37,147 nt of DNA. It comes from a bacterium. Lineage in GTDB: Bacteria > Patescibacteriota > Minisyncoccia > Phycocordibacterales > UBA9973. Both the position numbers and the translations under genes were made by a program. The stretch lies in contig JBAXSP010000006.1 of NCBI GenBank assembly GCA_037130655.1, positions 1 to 37,147 on the forward strand. Reading direction: 5' to 3'. The notes beneath the pieces are model-generated. The model worked only from the letters and a program-made list of their open reading frames with translations. It was not told the DNA's origin and searched no databases. Shown one piece after another: positions 1 to 11,479 of this stretch. Position 1 is the stretch's first letter; every line of letters starts with the position of its first letter.

Positions 1-432
1 GTGCAGGGCCTGGCCGGCTGCTGCACCGCCGCGCGTCGGCGCGCGAGCAGCGGCGTTACCAGCAGGAACTTCTAATACATACAAAATAGCTGTATTTGGA
101 TAGAAAACAGCCGGATAACTTTCTGGGTATACATTTTCACTTATAGAAACAATTTGCTTGTTTTCATTAATCCATATGAAATCAAGTGGATATGACATAT
201 CTTTCATCCAAAACCCGTGTATATCTGGTTTATCGAACACAAACAACATTCCTTGTTTTTGTTTCAGTGGTGTCGTATTTGATAAACCTTGTTCTCGAAG
301 TGCCGGGGTGTTTGCAATTGCAACAGTAAACACGGTGTCGTTTATGGTAACGGTGTGCTTATTGAATGAAAGCACAAAAATACCAAACAGCACTACCAGT
401 ATTACGGAAAATATCAGTTTCTTAGAAAACAT
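1..432 (-). CDS. DUF192 (UPF0127)-family protein, 3'-partial
   Basis: Missing from the ORF track because there is no stop in the window. Manual translation from ATG 432 gives MFSKKLIFSVILVVLFGIF...IANTPALREQGLS...GMLFVF...GFWMKDMSYPLDFIWI...YVLEVPAG, the DUF192 motifs after an N-terminal TM helix. The last ~57 nt are GC-rich and look foreign. Confidence 0.85.
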   Translation of the reverse strand, partial: MFSKKLIFSVILVVLFGIFVLSFNKHTVTINDTVFTVAIANTPALREQGLSNTTPLKQKQGMLFVFDKPDIHGFWMKDMSYPLDFIWINENKQIVSISENVYPESYPAVFYPNTAILYVLEVPAGNAAARAPTRGGAAAGQALH

Positions 433-470
433 ATCGTTAAGTGTACCGTTTTTTGAGATATGAAGATATA

Positions 471-507
471 GTAAAAGCGCGAAACCCTCTGGGTTTCGCG
501 CTTTTAC
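471..507 (-). terminator. GC-rich hairpin, probable intrinsic terminator of the 585-aa gene
   Basis: GTAAAAGCGCGAAACCC-TCT-GGGTTTCGCGCTTTTAC, a perfect inverted repeat 11 nt past the stop codon. Confidence 0.7.
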
Positions 508-518
508 GTATACTTATA

Positions 519-2276
519 TTATTGTTTCTTCTTGAAGAATACTCGAGCAATCACAATGATAAACAAAATGATGATGAGCAGAATCAACCAACCAATGAAT
601 GATGTTGGGAAGAAACCGTTTCCAAAGACCGCAGATGCACCAAGTGTTGAAGAAGCAGTAACACTTGTACCTTTGACAATCGGAGCAACTGGTCCTGAAC
701 GAGTTGTTGTTTTTGTACTACCAACTTTTTGTGTTTGTACAAACATCTTATCCCCCACTGAAGTCCCGAGATTATTTGACGCAACAAGTCGGTAGTAATA
801 AATACTGTTTGGATTCAAATCAGTTGCAACGAAACTGTAATATGACTGACCAACAACTGAAAGATTTTGTCCTGGGGTTGAACGGAGTAATACATTATTT
901 GCATCAAAGATTTCAAAATACACATTCGCAGTTGTATTCGGTGCGTACACAATACCAGCAAGTGTTGCGGTAGTTTTGGTTGCAGATTTTGCAATCAATG
1001 TCACCGCAGTCGGTTTACCTGATTGAGTTGTTCCACCTGTTCCAATTCCTCCTGTTCCACCACCTGAAAAAATACAAGTTCCGTCATTGATGGTTGCTCG
1101 TGCATTATAGTTTAGTGCTGTTGTGATAGTACAACCATAGACATAGTTATTTTGATAGATACAAGAATTATCACTAATTGTTGCATTTGGATTGTAGTTT
1201 AATCCTTTTGGATCAGTACAGCCAGATTGACCACCTCCGGTGCCGTACACACAAGAACTAGGTGTATTGTTTCTTGTTGCGTGTGGATTGAAGTTGTTGG
1301 CATTAACATCCATACATCCATAGATAATTCCTGACCCTCCCCCGTAAACACAAGACCCGTCGTCTTTTGTTGCGTTTGGATTGTAGTTTGAAGCAGTATT
1401 GTCAGTGCAACCAAGGATCGCTTGGTTTGCATTATTTTTCGGAGACTCATCATTGTCAGTTGCACTAGTACAAGCTGGATCACTTGGATAATCAGTATAT
1501 CCATCTGCGTCATTGTCTATTCCGTCATTACATTGATATACCTGCGGTGCTACTTTTGGAATAGTAAAATTGATTGAAGTAGTTGATGTTGCGGGACCAG
1601 CAACCGCTTTGACGTAGATCGTATCACCAGGAGCAAATATCGAAAGATCAAGATTTGCTGTAAAAGTTGTTGGCCCTTGTCCTGCAATTGTTTGTACTGC
1701 AGTTTTATTATTTAACGCATTATTTTTTCCATACACAAAATACACATCTGTCGGACCTGCACCAGTGATAGAAAAAGTTGCCTTTGCAGTCACCGTTGCC
1801 GATGTTGGTGGGTTTGGATCAACACTGATCATTGAAACACTCGTAGCATTAGGTAATGGAGCTGGAGACATGAAGGAAATAGCATTATTATCATACACAG
1901 CACCACAATTAGAAACAGTAGCTACTGTTCTGAAAAAATACATCTGACCTTGAACAACTGAAACAGTTTGTTTGAGTATTCCTTTTGCTGTATAAGACTG
2001 CGCAACAGCTGGGTAATATACTGGCCCCATGTTACCTCCATTCATAAAACTCGAATTATCAGAAACTTCGATTTGGGGTTTTATATACACTATTGTACCT
2101 ATCGGAACAATTACTGGTGTTGGATCGTATTGTGCAGAAAGTTCAAAACTAGTATTTGATAACTGTGTTGCTTTCAAGTTTGTTACTGTTGCTGGACATG
2201 CAGCAAACACACTTCCTGAGATAAAAAGGATACCTAGTGCAAAAATAAAAGAAAGCTGTTTAATAAAATTTTTCAT
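519..2276 (-). CDS. Membrane-anchored surface protein with Cys-rich repeats and FN3/Ig-like domains
   Basis: Signal peptide (SVFA|A); CNDGIDNDADGYTDYPSDPAC motif; four GCxDxxAxNYNPxATxxDxSC repeats; YYYRLVASN FN3-like motif; C-terminal TM helix followed by KKKQ. Confidence 0.8.
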   Translation of the reverse strand: MKNFIKQLSFIFALGILFISGSVFAACPATVTNLKATQLSNTSFELSAQYDPTPVIVPIGTIVYIKPQIEVSDNSSFMNGGNMGPVYYPAVAQSYTAKGILKQTVSVVQGQMYFFRTVATVSNCGAVYDNNAISFMSPAPLPNATSVSMISVDPNPPTSATVTAKATFSITGAGPTDVYFVYGKNNALNNKTAVQTIAGQGPTTFTANLDLSIFAPGDTIYVKAVAGPATSTTSINFTIPKVAPQVYQCNDGIDNDADGYTDYPSDPACTSATDNDESPKNNANQAILGCTDNTASNYNPNATKDDGSCVYGGGSGIIYGCMDVNANNFNPHATRNNTPSSCVYGTGGGQSGCTDPKGLNYNPNATISDNSCIYQNNYVYGCTITTALNYNARATINDGTCIFSGGGTGGIGTGGTTQSGKPTAVTLIAKSATKTTATLAGIVYAPNTTANVYFEIFDANNVLLRSTPGQNLSVVGQSYYSFVATDLNPNSIYYYRLVASNNLGTSVGDKMFVQTQKVGSTKTTTRSGPVAPIVKGTSVTASSTLGASAVFGNGFFPTSFIGWLILLIIILFIIVIARVFFKKKQ

Positions 2277-2307
2277 ATAGTAAATTAGGAAACTAATAAG
2301 TGATATA

Positions 2308-2337
2308 ATTATACAATTAAAATGACCACTATGTCAA
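2308..2337 (-). promoter_or_regulatory. sigma70 promoter for the 585-aa gene
   Basis: Minus strand TTGACA-18 nt-TATAAT. Confidence 0.65.
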
Positions 2338-2473
2338 ATACACCTCTTTGGGCAAGATATGTTGCCTTAATTATGATACATAAATAGCCGTAAGCAAAGG
2401 GTATTTCTTACGTCTTATTTACGGAAAATGTCTGTTTGTGACCAAAAAATCTTATATAGCAAGCTCAAATAGC

Positions 2474-2502
2474 TTGACATATAAGTATTTTTTTGTTATA
2501 AT
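2474..2502 (+). promoter_or_regulatory. Perfect-consensus sigma70 promoter
   Basis: TTGACA (2474)-17 nt-TATAAT (2497) with extended -10 TG. Confidence 0.8.
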
Positions 2503-2539
2503 TTCAACAGATAACATTTACAACATAAATATAAAAGGA

Positions 2540-4708
2540 ATGAAAAAAGTAACAACTACCCTATTGGTGGCCATTATTGCCACCTTGTTCATTGGCCGTG
2601 CAAACGCCCAAAGTCCTACTGTAAACTTCCTGAAGAGCGACCCGATATTCGGCGGTATTATCGTCAAATATCAAGTTACCGGATTCAAAGCTCCAGCTAT
2701 GGTGACTTTTGAATATTCAGGAAGCTATGCTTTTCCAAAAGCACTTGGCAAAATTACAACCGACAGTATTTTTAGTGATACAACTATCACTGATACTATT
2801 ACGGTTTACAATAATGCTAAGTTACCTGCTCCGCCAAGTGTATTCTACGGACGTTATCGTCTACAAGATACACTAGGTACTGACACTGTTTCAAATGTAC
2901 TGCAGATTACTTCTTTACCGATTCCCGTAGTTCCAACAATTGACACTGTACAAATTAGTCAAAACGTTCACGACACCGTGTTCTCATCACTAATTTTAAC
3001 GTCAAATGTAAAAGGAATGTTACACTCTTATTTTGCTAACGGACCGACAAATTTTTTCGATCCGAGTAATCATTATGATAGTGCATCAGTTGATTCTGGA
3101 ACAAATGTGAACTATTCACATATCATTCCAGGAACAATTCCAAATTCATATAGCTATGTAGGCTATATTTTCACCAATCCTGCTGGTAGTGACACCCTCG
3201 GCGTAATGAAAATTGCACCGTATGTGACACAACAAAAACCAAATGGAGCAATGATTGGCGTCAGTTGTAAAAACAAACAAATTACTGTTGATGTAAAAGT
3301 CTTCGGTTTTGATTTAACTACAACATGTCAAATTAAGTACGGAACTACGTCAGCAACACTGACAGACACGATTCGTCGTGTTATTGTTTCAGGGAAAGGA
3401 ATGCAATTGATTTCATTTACCACAACGGACTCACTGAAAGCTAATACGACGTATTACTTCCAGGTTCGTTTGTCAAACAGCAAAGGATACACTGACTTAC
3501 AAATGGTAAGTTATTATATCGGGAGCGATCCGGCTGTATTCACACTGACCACTGATACTGGTTGGACATTGGATATTGATCCGGTAAATGGAAAAGTTAG
3601 CGTGAAGTGTTACGGAAGTTACCAATTAGCCACTAATTCAACCAGTGCCTCTATTAGAGCATTTCTTGCATCAGACACAACCACTGCTGTTAACAGCAGT
3701 TCTTGGACAACAACCGGTTCAGCAGGTTCTACTCCTGTTTTCCTTTTTCAAAATCAGCCTTGGTCAAAAGCCATACAGTATTTTGTAAAGATTATTGGAG
3801 AAGATGACTTGGGAACATTCGCTAAAGGAAAATGGATACCTGTCTTTATGACAACAATGAGGCCGTATTCGCTCATGATAACGAAAGTTACAGTGAACAA
3901 AAGCGGACGTTCTGCTGATGTGACTTGTAAGTATGTAAATACTGAAAAAGTGACATCGGACAATGTAGCAACATACGACAGTGACTCGACCTTTGCAAAC
4001 TTTCAAACAACCAGTTTGAAAACTTGTATTGGTGACAGTGGAACAGTAACTTTTACTATTCCAGTATCGAAAGATACCTATTACTGGGTAAAAGTTTCTG
4101 GTGCTAATACCATTGGAGATCACGCTGTATCAAATGTGATGAAGTTCAAATTAAATTTATCTGCATTTTCATACACGATTACAAATATCGCAATGGACAA
4201 TGTAGGTAAAAAAGCCACGGTGTATATCCACTACCAAAATACCGAAGGAACAACTTCGACGGTATATGTGAAATTGGATAAAAACTCAAACTTCAGTAGT
4301 CCGATAACAAGTGATCCAATTGCTTGTCTGAATGACTCAGGAAGTGCCTGGTTCACGGTTTCGAACCTCGATGCCGATTGCTACTACGTAGTAGCAACCG
4401 GTGACAATTCTGATCAAGTACACACAACATCAGGAGTAGCTTATTTTCAATTGAACACAAAGCCATACGTTGGCATTGAAACAATTGAAAAAGATATCAT
4501 GTCGGTGTATCCCAACCCAACGAGCGAGCAAGTGATCATTGATTTCAATGATAGTTACACTGCTCCATTCGTACTAATTGACCTCAAAGGTCAAATTGTA
4601 TTGAATAAAAGAATTGTTGCAGGTGAACGAATCGATGTAAGTACTTTCCCTCGTGGAATGTATGTATATCGTGTTGGTGAAAAAACCGGTAAGTTGCTTT
4701 TGCAGTAA
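2540..4708 (+). CDS. Secreted beta-rich (Ig/FN3-like) protein with C-terminal T9SS type A (Por) sorting domain
   Basis: Start moved to ATG 2540 (MKKVTTTLLVAIIATLFIGRANA|Q), downstream of the promoter. C-terminus VYPNPTSEQVIIDF...LIDLKGQIV...IDVSTFPRGMYVYRV...KLLLQ. Confidence 0.8.
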   Translation: MKKVTTTLLVAIIATLFIGRANAQSPTVNFLKSDPIFGGIIVKYQVTGFKAPAMVTFEYSGSYAFPKALGKITTDSIFSDTTITDTITVYNNAKLPAPPSVFYGRYRLQDTLGTDTVSNVLQITSLPIPVVPTIDTVQISQNVHDTVFSSLILTSNVKGMLHSYFANGPTNFFDPSNHYDSASVDSGTNVNYSHIIPGTIPNSYSYVGYIFTNPAGSDTLGVMKIAPYVTQQKPNGAMIGVSCKNKQITVDVKVFGFDLTTTCQIKYGTTSATLTDTIRRVIVSGKGMQLISFTTTDSLKANTTYYFQVRLSNSKGYTDLQMVSYYIGSDPAVFTLTTDTGWTLDIDPVNGKVSVKCYGSYQLATNSTSASIRAFLASDTTTAVNSSSWTTTGSAGSTPVFLFQNQPWSKAIQYFVKIIGEDDLGTFAKGKWIPVFMTTMRPYSLMITKVTVNKSGRSADVTCKYVNTEKVTSDNVATYDSDSTFANFQTTSLKTCIGDSGTVTFTIPVSKDTYYWVKVSGANTIGDHAVSNVMKFKLNLSAFSYTITNIAMDNVGKKATVYIHYQNTEGTTSTVYVKLDKNSNFSSPITSDPIACLNDSGSAWFTVSNLDADCYYVVATGDNSDQVHTTSGVAYFQLNTKPYVGIETIEKDIMSVYPNPTSEQVIIDFNDSYTAPFVLIDLKGQIVLNKRIVAGERIDVSTFPRGMYVYRVGEKTGKLLLQ

Positions 4709-4747
4709 TTTCTTTTATTTTAGTTAGTTCTTTTTTATAAAATCAGG

Positions 4748-4831
4748 GAGTCGTCAGTAATATGACGGCTCTTTTTTTTTGGTTCAATAATTAAACAAAA
4801 AGAAAAACACCCATCGGGTGTTTTTCTTTTT
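4748..4831. terminator. Two hairpins between the converging T9SS-domain gene and 16S gene
   Basis: GAGTCGTCA...TGACGGCTC plus T-run, and AAAAAGAAAAACACCC-ATC-GGGTGTTTTTCTTTTT (bidirectional form). Confidence 0.7.
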
Positions 4832-4844
4832 GTTGTTTGTATTT

Positions 4845-4893
4845 GTATAAGAATTAAGATTCGAACAAAATCTACTTTATTTTGTTTCGTTTC
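4845..4893 (-). other. 3' arm of the pre-16S processing stem
   Basis: Its reverse complement (GAAACGAAACAAAATAAA...CTTAATTCTTATAC) matches 6923-6984. Confidence 0.7.
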
Positions 4894-5024
4894 AACCAGG
4901 TCTTTCCCTGGCGTCACTGTATTTTTAGGTCCATACATCATGACCATTATGTACTCAATTGAAGTACACAATATCGACATTCAATACTCAATCATTCCGA
5001 AGAACAGATTGGAGTACCTTTTCA

Positions 5025-6898
<1,874 letters not shown>

Positions 6899-6922
6899 AA
6901 TATACATTACTGCATATAGTCG

Positions 6923-6984
6923 GAAACGAAACAAAATAAAATAGACTTGTCTAAAATATTCGTTCTTTCACTTAATTCTTATAC
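6923..6984 (-). other. 5' arm of the pre-16S processing stem
   Basis: Imperfect inverted repeat with 4845-4893, flanking the 16S gene. Confidence 0.7.
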
Positions 6985-7116
6985 TTTTCGGTAACAGCAC
7001 TAGCTCATAATACTGTTACCACTCAAATTCGGGAGACCAACGACTCACGGTTGGCCTCCGACGTTTTCATTTTTCAAGGTTCAATTTAAATTGCCTTCTA
7101 TATAAGGCGTGGGGTC

Positions 7117-7145
7117 ATTGTAGCCGAAGTCGATTTCAATGTCAA
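7117..7145 (-). promoter_or_regulatory. 16S rRNA promoter
   Basis: Minus strand TTGACA-17 nt-TACAAT. Confidence 0.75.
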
Positions 7146-7193
7146 GCACAAAAACGTGAGTATTTCAAAAAGACAGATTAAATAGCAAAAGTA

Positions 7194-7238
7194 AAGAAAT
7201 CGGGGTGTTTTTGCTTCGCAAAAACACCCCGATTTCTT
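7194..7238. repeat. Palindrome between divergent rrs and secG
   Basis: AAGAAATCGGGGTGTTTTTGC-TTC-GCAAAAACACCCCGATTTCTT. Confidence 0.7.
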
Positions 7239-7328
7239 TACTTTTTTACTATACAAAAATAAACATATTATTTTTTCTCTTGTTTTTAGACTTGCCCAAA
7301 AACGACTATTTGTGCTAGTATATTCCTT

Positions 7329-7559
7329 ATGGGAATTATACATTCAATACTGCCATCTATTCAGATCGCCCTCTCAGTTATTCTTATCATATCTATCTTG
7401 CTTCAACATCAAAGCGCCAGTGTTGGTTCTTCTTTTGGTGGAACTGAAGGTAGTTCTGTACACATGACTCGTCGTGGTTTCGAAAAAGTACTCTTTGTTA
7501 CAACTATTGTAGTTGCAATATTGTTTGCTATTTCTGCATTCATCGCCGTTTTGTTCTAA
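7329..7559 (+). CDS. secG: Preprotein translocase subunit SecG
   Basis: 76 aa, two TM helices, ILLQ...GSSFGG...RRGFEKVL. Confidence 0.92.
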   Translation: MGIIHSILPSIQIALSVILIISILLQHQSASVGSSFGGTEGSSVHMTRRGFEKVLFVTTIVVAILFAISAFIAVLF

Positions 7560-7619
7560 TCCCTAAAAGCCCAAATATACCTGTGGCTTTTTTCTCTATC
7601 TCAACACAATAATTACACT

Positions 7620-9431
7620 ATGAAAAAACTATTATCTTTTTTGAGTGACTTACGTAAAGTAAGTTTTCGCTCAATAAAAAATGTCTTTTATTTCCTTACA
7701 ATTAAAGAATGGCTTATCGTCACAGGACTTTGTCTTGTTATCTTGGTTTCAGCACTCTCTCTATTAAATAGAATTAATGAAAAATTTATGGTTGCAATAC
7801 CGGCAGCTGGAGGAAATTTGTCTGAAGGAATTGTCGGCGGACCACGGTTCATCAACCCGGTACTCGCACTGTCTGATTCTGACCGAGATCTAACTGAATT
7901 AGTCTTTTCTGGACTTATGCGACGTGGCAGTGACGGAATTCTAATTCCAGATTTGACAGAAAAATATACTGTTTCTCCAGACGGACTATCATACACATTT
8001 ATATTGAAAGACAATCTTACTTTTCAAGACGGAAAGAAATTGACTGCCGATGATGTGGTGTTTACTATCAATCAAGCACAAGATCCATTGGTCAAAAGTC
8101 CAAAACGTGCAAACTGGGAAGGAATCACTGTTGTTGCACAAGATGAAAAAACTGTTTTGTTTAGACTGAAAAGTCCGTTCCCTGATTTCTTGGACAATGC
8201 GACTATCGGTATTATTCCAAAACACATCTGGTCAACTATCCCAACAGAACAATTATTTTTTTCAACAAAAAATACTAATGCAATTGGCTCTGGTCCGTAC
8301 AAAATTTCTTCAGTCAGTACCGGCAAAGACGGTATCGTAAATAGTATTTCATTGAAGCGATTCAAAAAATTTGCATTAGGTGAACCTTTTATCAAATCAA
8401 TTGATCTTCATTTTTATGACAATGAAGATGATGCAGTAAAAGCACTTCGTAGTGGTACCGTTGATCAAGTAGCAAATATTTCAGCAGAAAACGCTGTGTC
8501 ATTGAAAGATGATTACACCGTTGTTTCTACTCCACTTCCTCGTGTATTCGGACTCTTTTTTAATTCAAACAAAGCACCTGTTTTTGCAAACAAAGCAGTA
8601 ACAAAAGCAATTGATACTGCGCTTGATAAACAAGAAATTATCGACACCGTACTTGGTGGATATGGTACACAGATATCAGGTCCACTTCCCGCTTCATTGA
8701 TAGAAAGTTCAGCTATGGAAGCGTCATCAAAAACAACTAGTGCTGATGACAAAATTCTTGCTGCTCGTACGATATTGATTGGCGCTGGATGGAAACTTGG
8801 AGATGATGGAGTTTTTTCAAAAGGTGGAAATAAGTCAGTAACCGTAACAGAAAAGAAAGGAAAGAAGATGGTGAAAAAAACAGTTGTACAAAACACACCG
8901 ACAACAACAATCAATTTTACTATCACTACTGCTGACACCCCTGAACTCGTCAAAGCAGCTGAACTTATCAAAGAGCGTTTGACCGCTGTTGGTATGGTGG
9001 TAAATACTCGAGTCTATGAAAACGGCGCCCTAACAAGCAATGTGATTAGACCTAGAGACTTTGAAGTGCTATTATTTGGACAAGTAGTAAGCTCTCCTTC
9101 TGACCTGTCAGCCTTTTGGGAATCATCTCAACGGAATGACCCAGGACTCAACATTGCGTCATATGCAAACACACAAGTTGATACACTACTTGCAAAAGCA
9201 AAGAAAGAAACAAATGAATCAAAACGTAACGATATTTACTTGCAAGTAAATACACTCATTGCCAATGACTCACCTGCAGTCTTTCTCTATAGCCCTGACT
9301 TAATCTACGCAACACGACACAATGTATATGGACAAAACATTACTTCTGTCAGAAATGCATCAGACCGTTTTTCATCAATATATAAATGGTATGAAGAAAA
9401 AGATTTTATATGGAAATTATTCGTTAAATAA
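7620..9431 (+). CDS. Peptide ABC transporter substrate-binding protein (family 5), membrane anchored
   Basis: LVFSGL, SPDGLSYTFILK...FQDGKKLTADDVVFT, IGSGPYKI motifs; N-terminal TM helix. Confidence 0.9.
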   Translation: MKKLLSFLSDLRKVSFRSIKNVFYFLTIKEWLIVTGLCLVILVSALSLLNRINEKFMVAIPAAGGNLSEGIVGGPRFINPVLALSDSDRDLTELVFSGLMRRGSDGILIPDLTEKYTVSPDGLSYTFILKDNLTFQDGKKLTADDVVFTINQAQDPLVKSPKRANWEGITVVAQDEKTVLFRLKSPFPDFLDNATIGIIPKHIWSTIPTEQLFFSTKNTNAIGSGPYKISSVSTGKDGIVNSISLKRFKKFALGEPFIKSIDLHFYDNEDDAVKALRSGTVDQVANISAENAVSLKDDYTVVSTPLPRVFGLFFNSNKAPVFANKAVTKAIDTALDKQEIIDTVLGGYGTQISGPLPASLIESSAMEASSKTTSADDKILAARTILIGAGWKLGDDGVFSKGGNKSVTVTEKKGKKMVKKTVVQNTPTTTINFTITTADTPELVKAAELIKERLTAVGMVVNTRVYENGALTSNVIRPRDFEVLLFGQVVSSPSDLSAFWESSQRNDPGLNIASYANTQVDTLLAKAKKETNESKRNDIYLQVNTLIANDSPAVFLYSPDLIYATRHNVYGQNITSVRNASDRFSSIYKWYEEKDFIWKLFVK

Positions 9432-9448
9432 ATTATTACAATTCAGTT

Positions 9449-11395
9449 ATGAATGAACAAGAACAAAACAACAATACCGGTGGACAGCAACATACTGCTC
9501 GACGTCCGTATCACAAAACAGAACAAACAAGACCTGCATCAAATTCAGACAAAGCTTTTGATCGGCAAACAAACATAAAAGACCGACCAGGACGAACACC
9601 AAAACGTGCAGGAACTTTTCAATACTCAAAATTTGGCGGTGGACGCAAACCAAAAGCCCCAACCGAACCAATGGAAAAAGTATCAACCAAAAAAGTGACT
9701 GACAACATTCCACCAGTGGCACCAGGAAATATCCGTATTATCCCCCTTGGAGGAGTAGAAGAAATCGGACGAAACACAACATTAATCGAAACAGCTGATG
9801 ACATTATTGTTATCGACGCTGGTATGCAATTCTCAAATGAAGAAACACCAGGTATCGACTACATGGTGGCAAACACAAAATACCTTGAGGAACGCAAAGA
9901 TAAAATTCGTGCGATGATCGTCACTCACGGTCACTTGGATCACATTGGAGGTATTCCAATTGTGATGTCACGTATCGGCAATCCACCACTGTATTCTCGA
10001 AACCTTTCACTCTTGCTTATCAAAAAACGACAAGCTGAGTTCCCTCACCTACCACCACTAAACATGATTCCTGTTGAAGGAAATCAAACAATTACTGTTG
10101 GAAAATTTCGTGTGAGATTTTTTGGAGTGACACACACTATTCCAGACTCAATGGGTATCATTATTGAAACTCCGTACGGAAACATTGTGACACCTGGTGA
10201 CTACAAACTCGATCACATGGATGGAATTCCAACTGATTCAGAAGAAAAAGAATACAAAGAATTCGATACTGCAAACAACTTGCTCTTGATGACTGATTCA
10301 ACGAACATTGAAAACGAAGGATTCGCTTTACCTGAAATCAAAGTGCATGAAGGATTGGAAAAACTCATCAAGATTGCAACTGGACGCACCATTATTGCGG
10401 CGTTTGCATCACACATCACTCGTTTGGTGAAAATCGTACAAATTGCTGAAGCATTGAATAAAAAAGTTGCTATTGAAGGACGTTCAATGAAAACAAACAT
10501 GGAAGTTGTTGAGCAAGCTGGATTGTTTGCGTACAAAAAAGGTACCTTAATCGGTATTGAAGAAGTAGACAACTACCCTGCTGATCGTGTCATCATTTTG
10601 ATGACTGGTGCCCAAGGTGAAGAATTTGCTGCGCTCAATCGTGCTGCCAACAAAACACACAAGAAATTCAAACTTCGCAAAGGAGATACGATTATCTTGT
10701 CTGCATCTATTATTCCTGGAAATGAACGTGCTGTTGAAAAACTGAAGGACGGTATCGCCCGCCAAGGAGTGAAGATCATTTCTTACCGAACATCTGAAGA
10801 ATACATTCACGGAACAGGTCACGGAAACCAAGAAGACATCAAATGGTTGCACCGAAAGATTCATCCGAAATTCTTTGTTCCGATTCACGGAAACCATTTC
10901 CGATTACAATTACACAAAGATTTGGCTGTATCACTTGGTATGCCAGAAGAAAACGTTGTTGTGCCTGATAATGGAATGATTATTGAAATTCAAGACAATG
11001 GAAACAAAATTGTTGTCCTCAAAGAAAAAGCACCTTCTGACCCTATGATGATCGACGGATTCTCTGTTGGTGATGTACAAGACGTAGTCATTCGTGACCG
11101 CCAAATGCTCGCACAAGACGGCATGTTTGTAGTCATTGGTACAATCGATAGTAAGACTGGTAAGTTGAAAAAATCTCCTGATGTTATCTCTCGTGGATTC
11201 GTCTACTTGAAAGAAAATCAAGAACTACTTCGACAAGCACGTATGCTCATCAAGAAAACAATTGAGGAAAACAGTCGTCCAAATATCAATGACACTGAGT
11301 ACGTCAAAAATATGGTTGGCGAAACACTCTCTCGTTTCTTGTTCCAAAAAACAGCGAAACGACCATTGGTCATCCCAGTTATCATTACCGTTTAA
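9449..11395 (+). CDS. rnj: Ribonuclease J
   Basis: IIPLGGVEEIGRN, THGHLDHIGG, GAQGE, PIHG, RPLVIPVI; ~90-aa charged N-terminal extension. Confidence 0.95.
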   Translation: MNEQEQNNNTGGQQHTARRPYHKTEQTRPASNSDKAFDRQTNIKDRPGRTPKRAGTFQYSKFGGGRKPKAPTEPMEKVSTKKVTDNIPPVAPGNIRIIPLGGVEEIGRNTTLIETADDIIVIDAGMQFSNEETPGIDYMVANTKYLEERKDKIRAMIVTHGHLDHIGGIPIVMSRIGNPPLYSRNLSLLLIKKRQAEFPHLPPLNMIPVEGNQTITVGKFRVRFFGVTHTIPDSMGIIIETPYGNIVTPGDYKLDHMDGIPTDSEEKEYKEFDTANNLLLMTDSTNIENEGFALPEIKVHEGLEKLIKIATGRTIIAAFASHITRLVKIVQIAEALNKKVAIEGRSMKTNMEVVEQAGLFAYKKGTLIGIEEVDNYPADRVIILMTGAQGEEFAALNRAANKTHKKFKLRKGDTIILSASIIPGNERAVEKLKDGIARQGVKIISYRTSEEYIHGTGHGNQEDIKWLHRKIHPKFFVPIHGNHFRLQLHKDLAVSLGMPEENVVVPDNGMIIEIQDNGNKIVVLKEKAPSDPMMIDGFSVGDVQDVVIRDRQMLAQDGMFVVIGTIDSKTGKLKKSPDVISRGFVYLKENQELLRQARMLIKKTIEENSRPNINDTEYVKNMVGETLSRFLFQKTAKRPLVIPVIITV

Positions 11396-11397
11396 AA

Positions 11398-11435
11398 AAC
11401 ATAAAACACCCAACAATTGTTGGGTGTTTTATGTT
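11398..11435 (+). terminator. Intrinsic terminator after rnj
   Basis: AACATAAAACACCCAACAATTGTTGGGTGTTTTATGTT perfect palindrome. Confidence 0.75.
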
Positions 11436-11479
11436 GTGATAAACAGGTCATTCAACTAACTCTTTGTTATAATAAAGAA

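Noticed and set aside
158-463. 101-aa plus-strand ORF
   Set aside because: Antisense shadow of the DUF192 gene.
4735-4980. 81-aa ORF downstream of 16S
   Set aside because: Runs through the processing stem and terminators; no protein motif.
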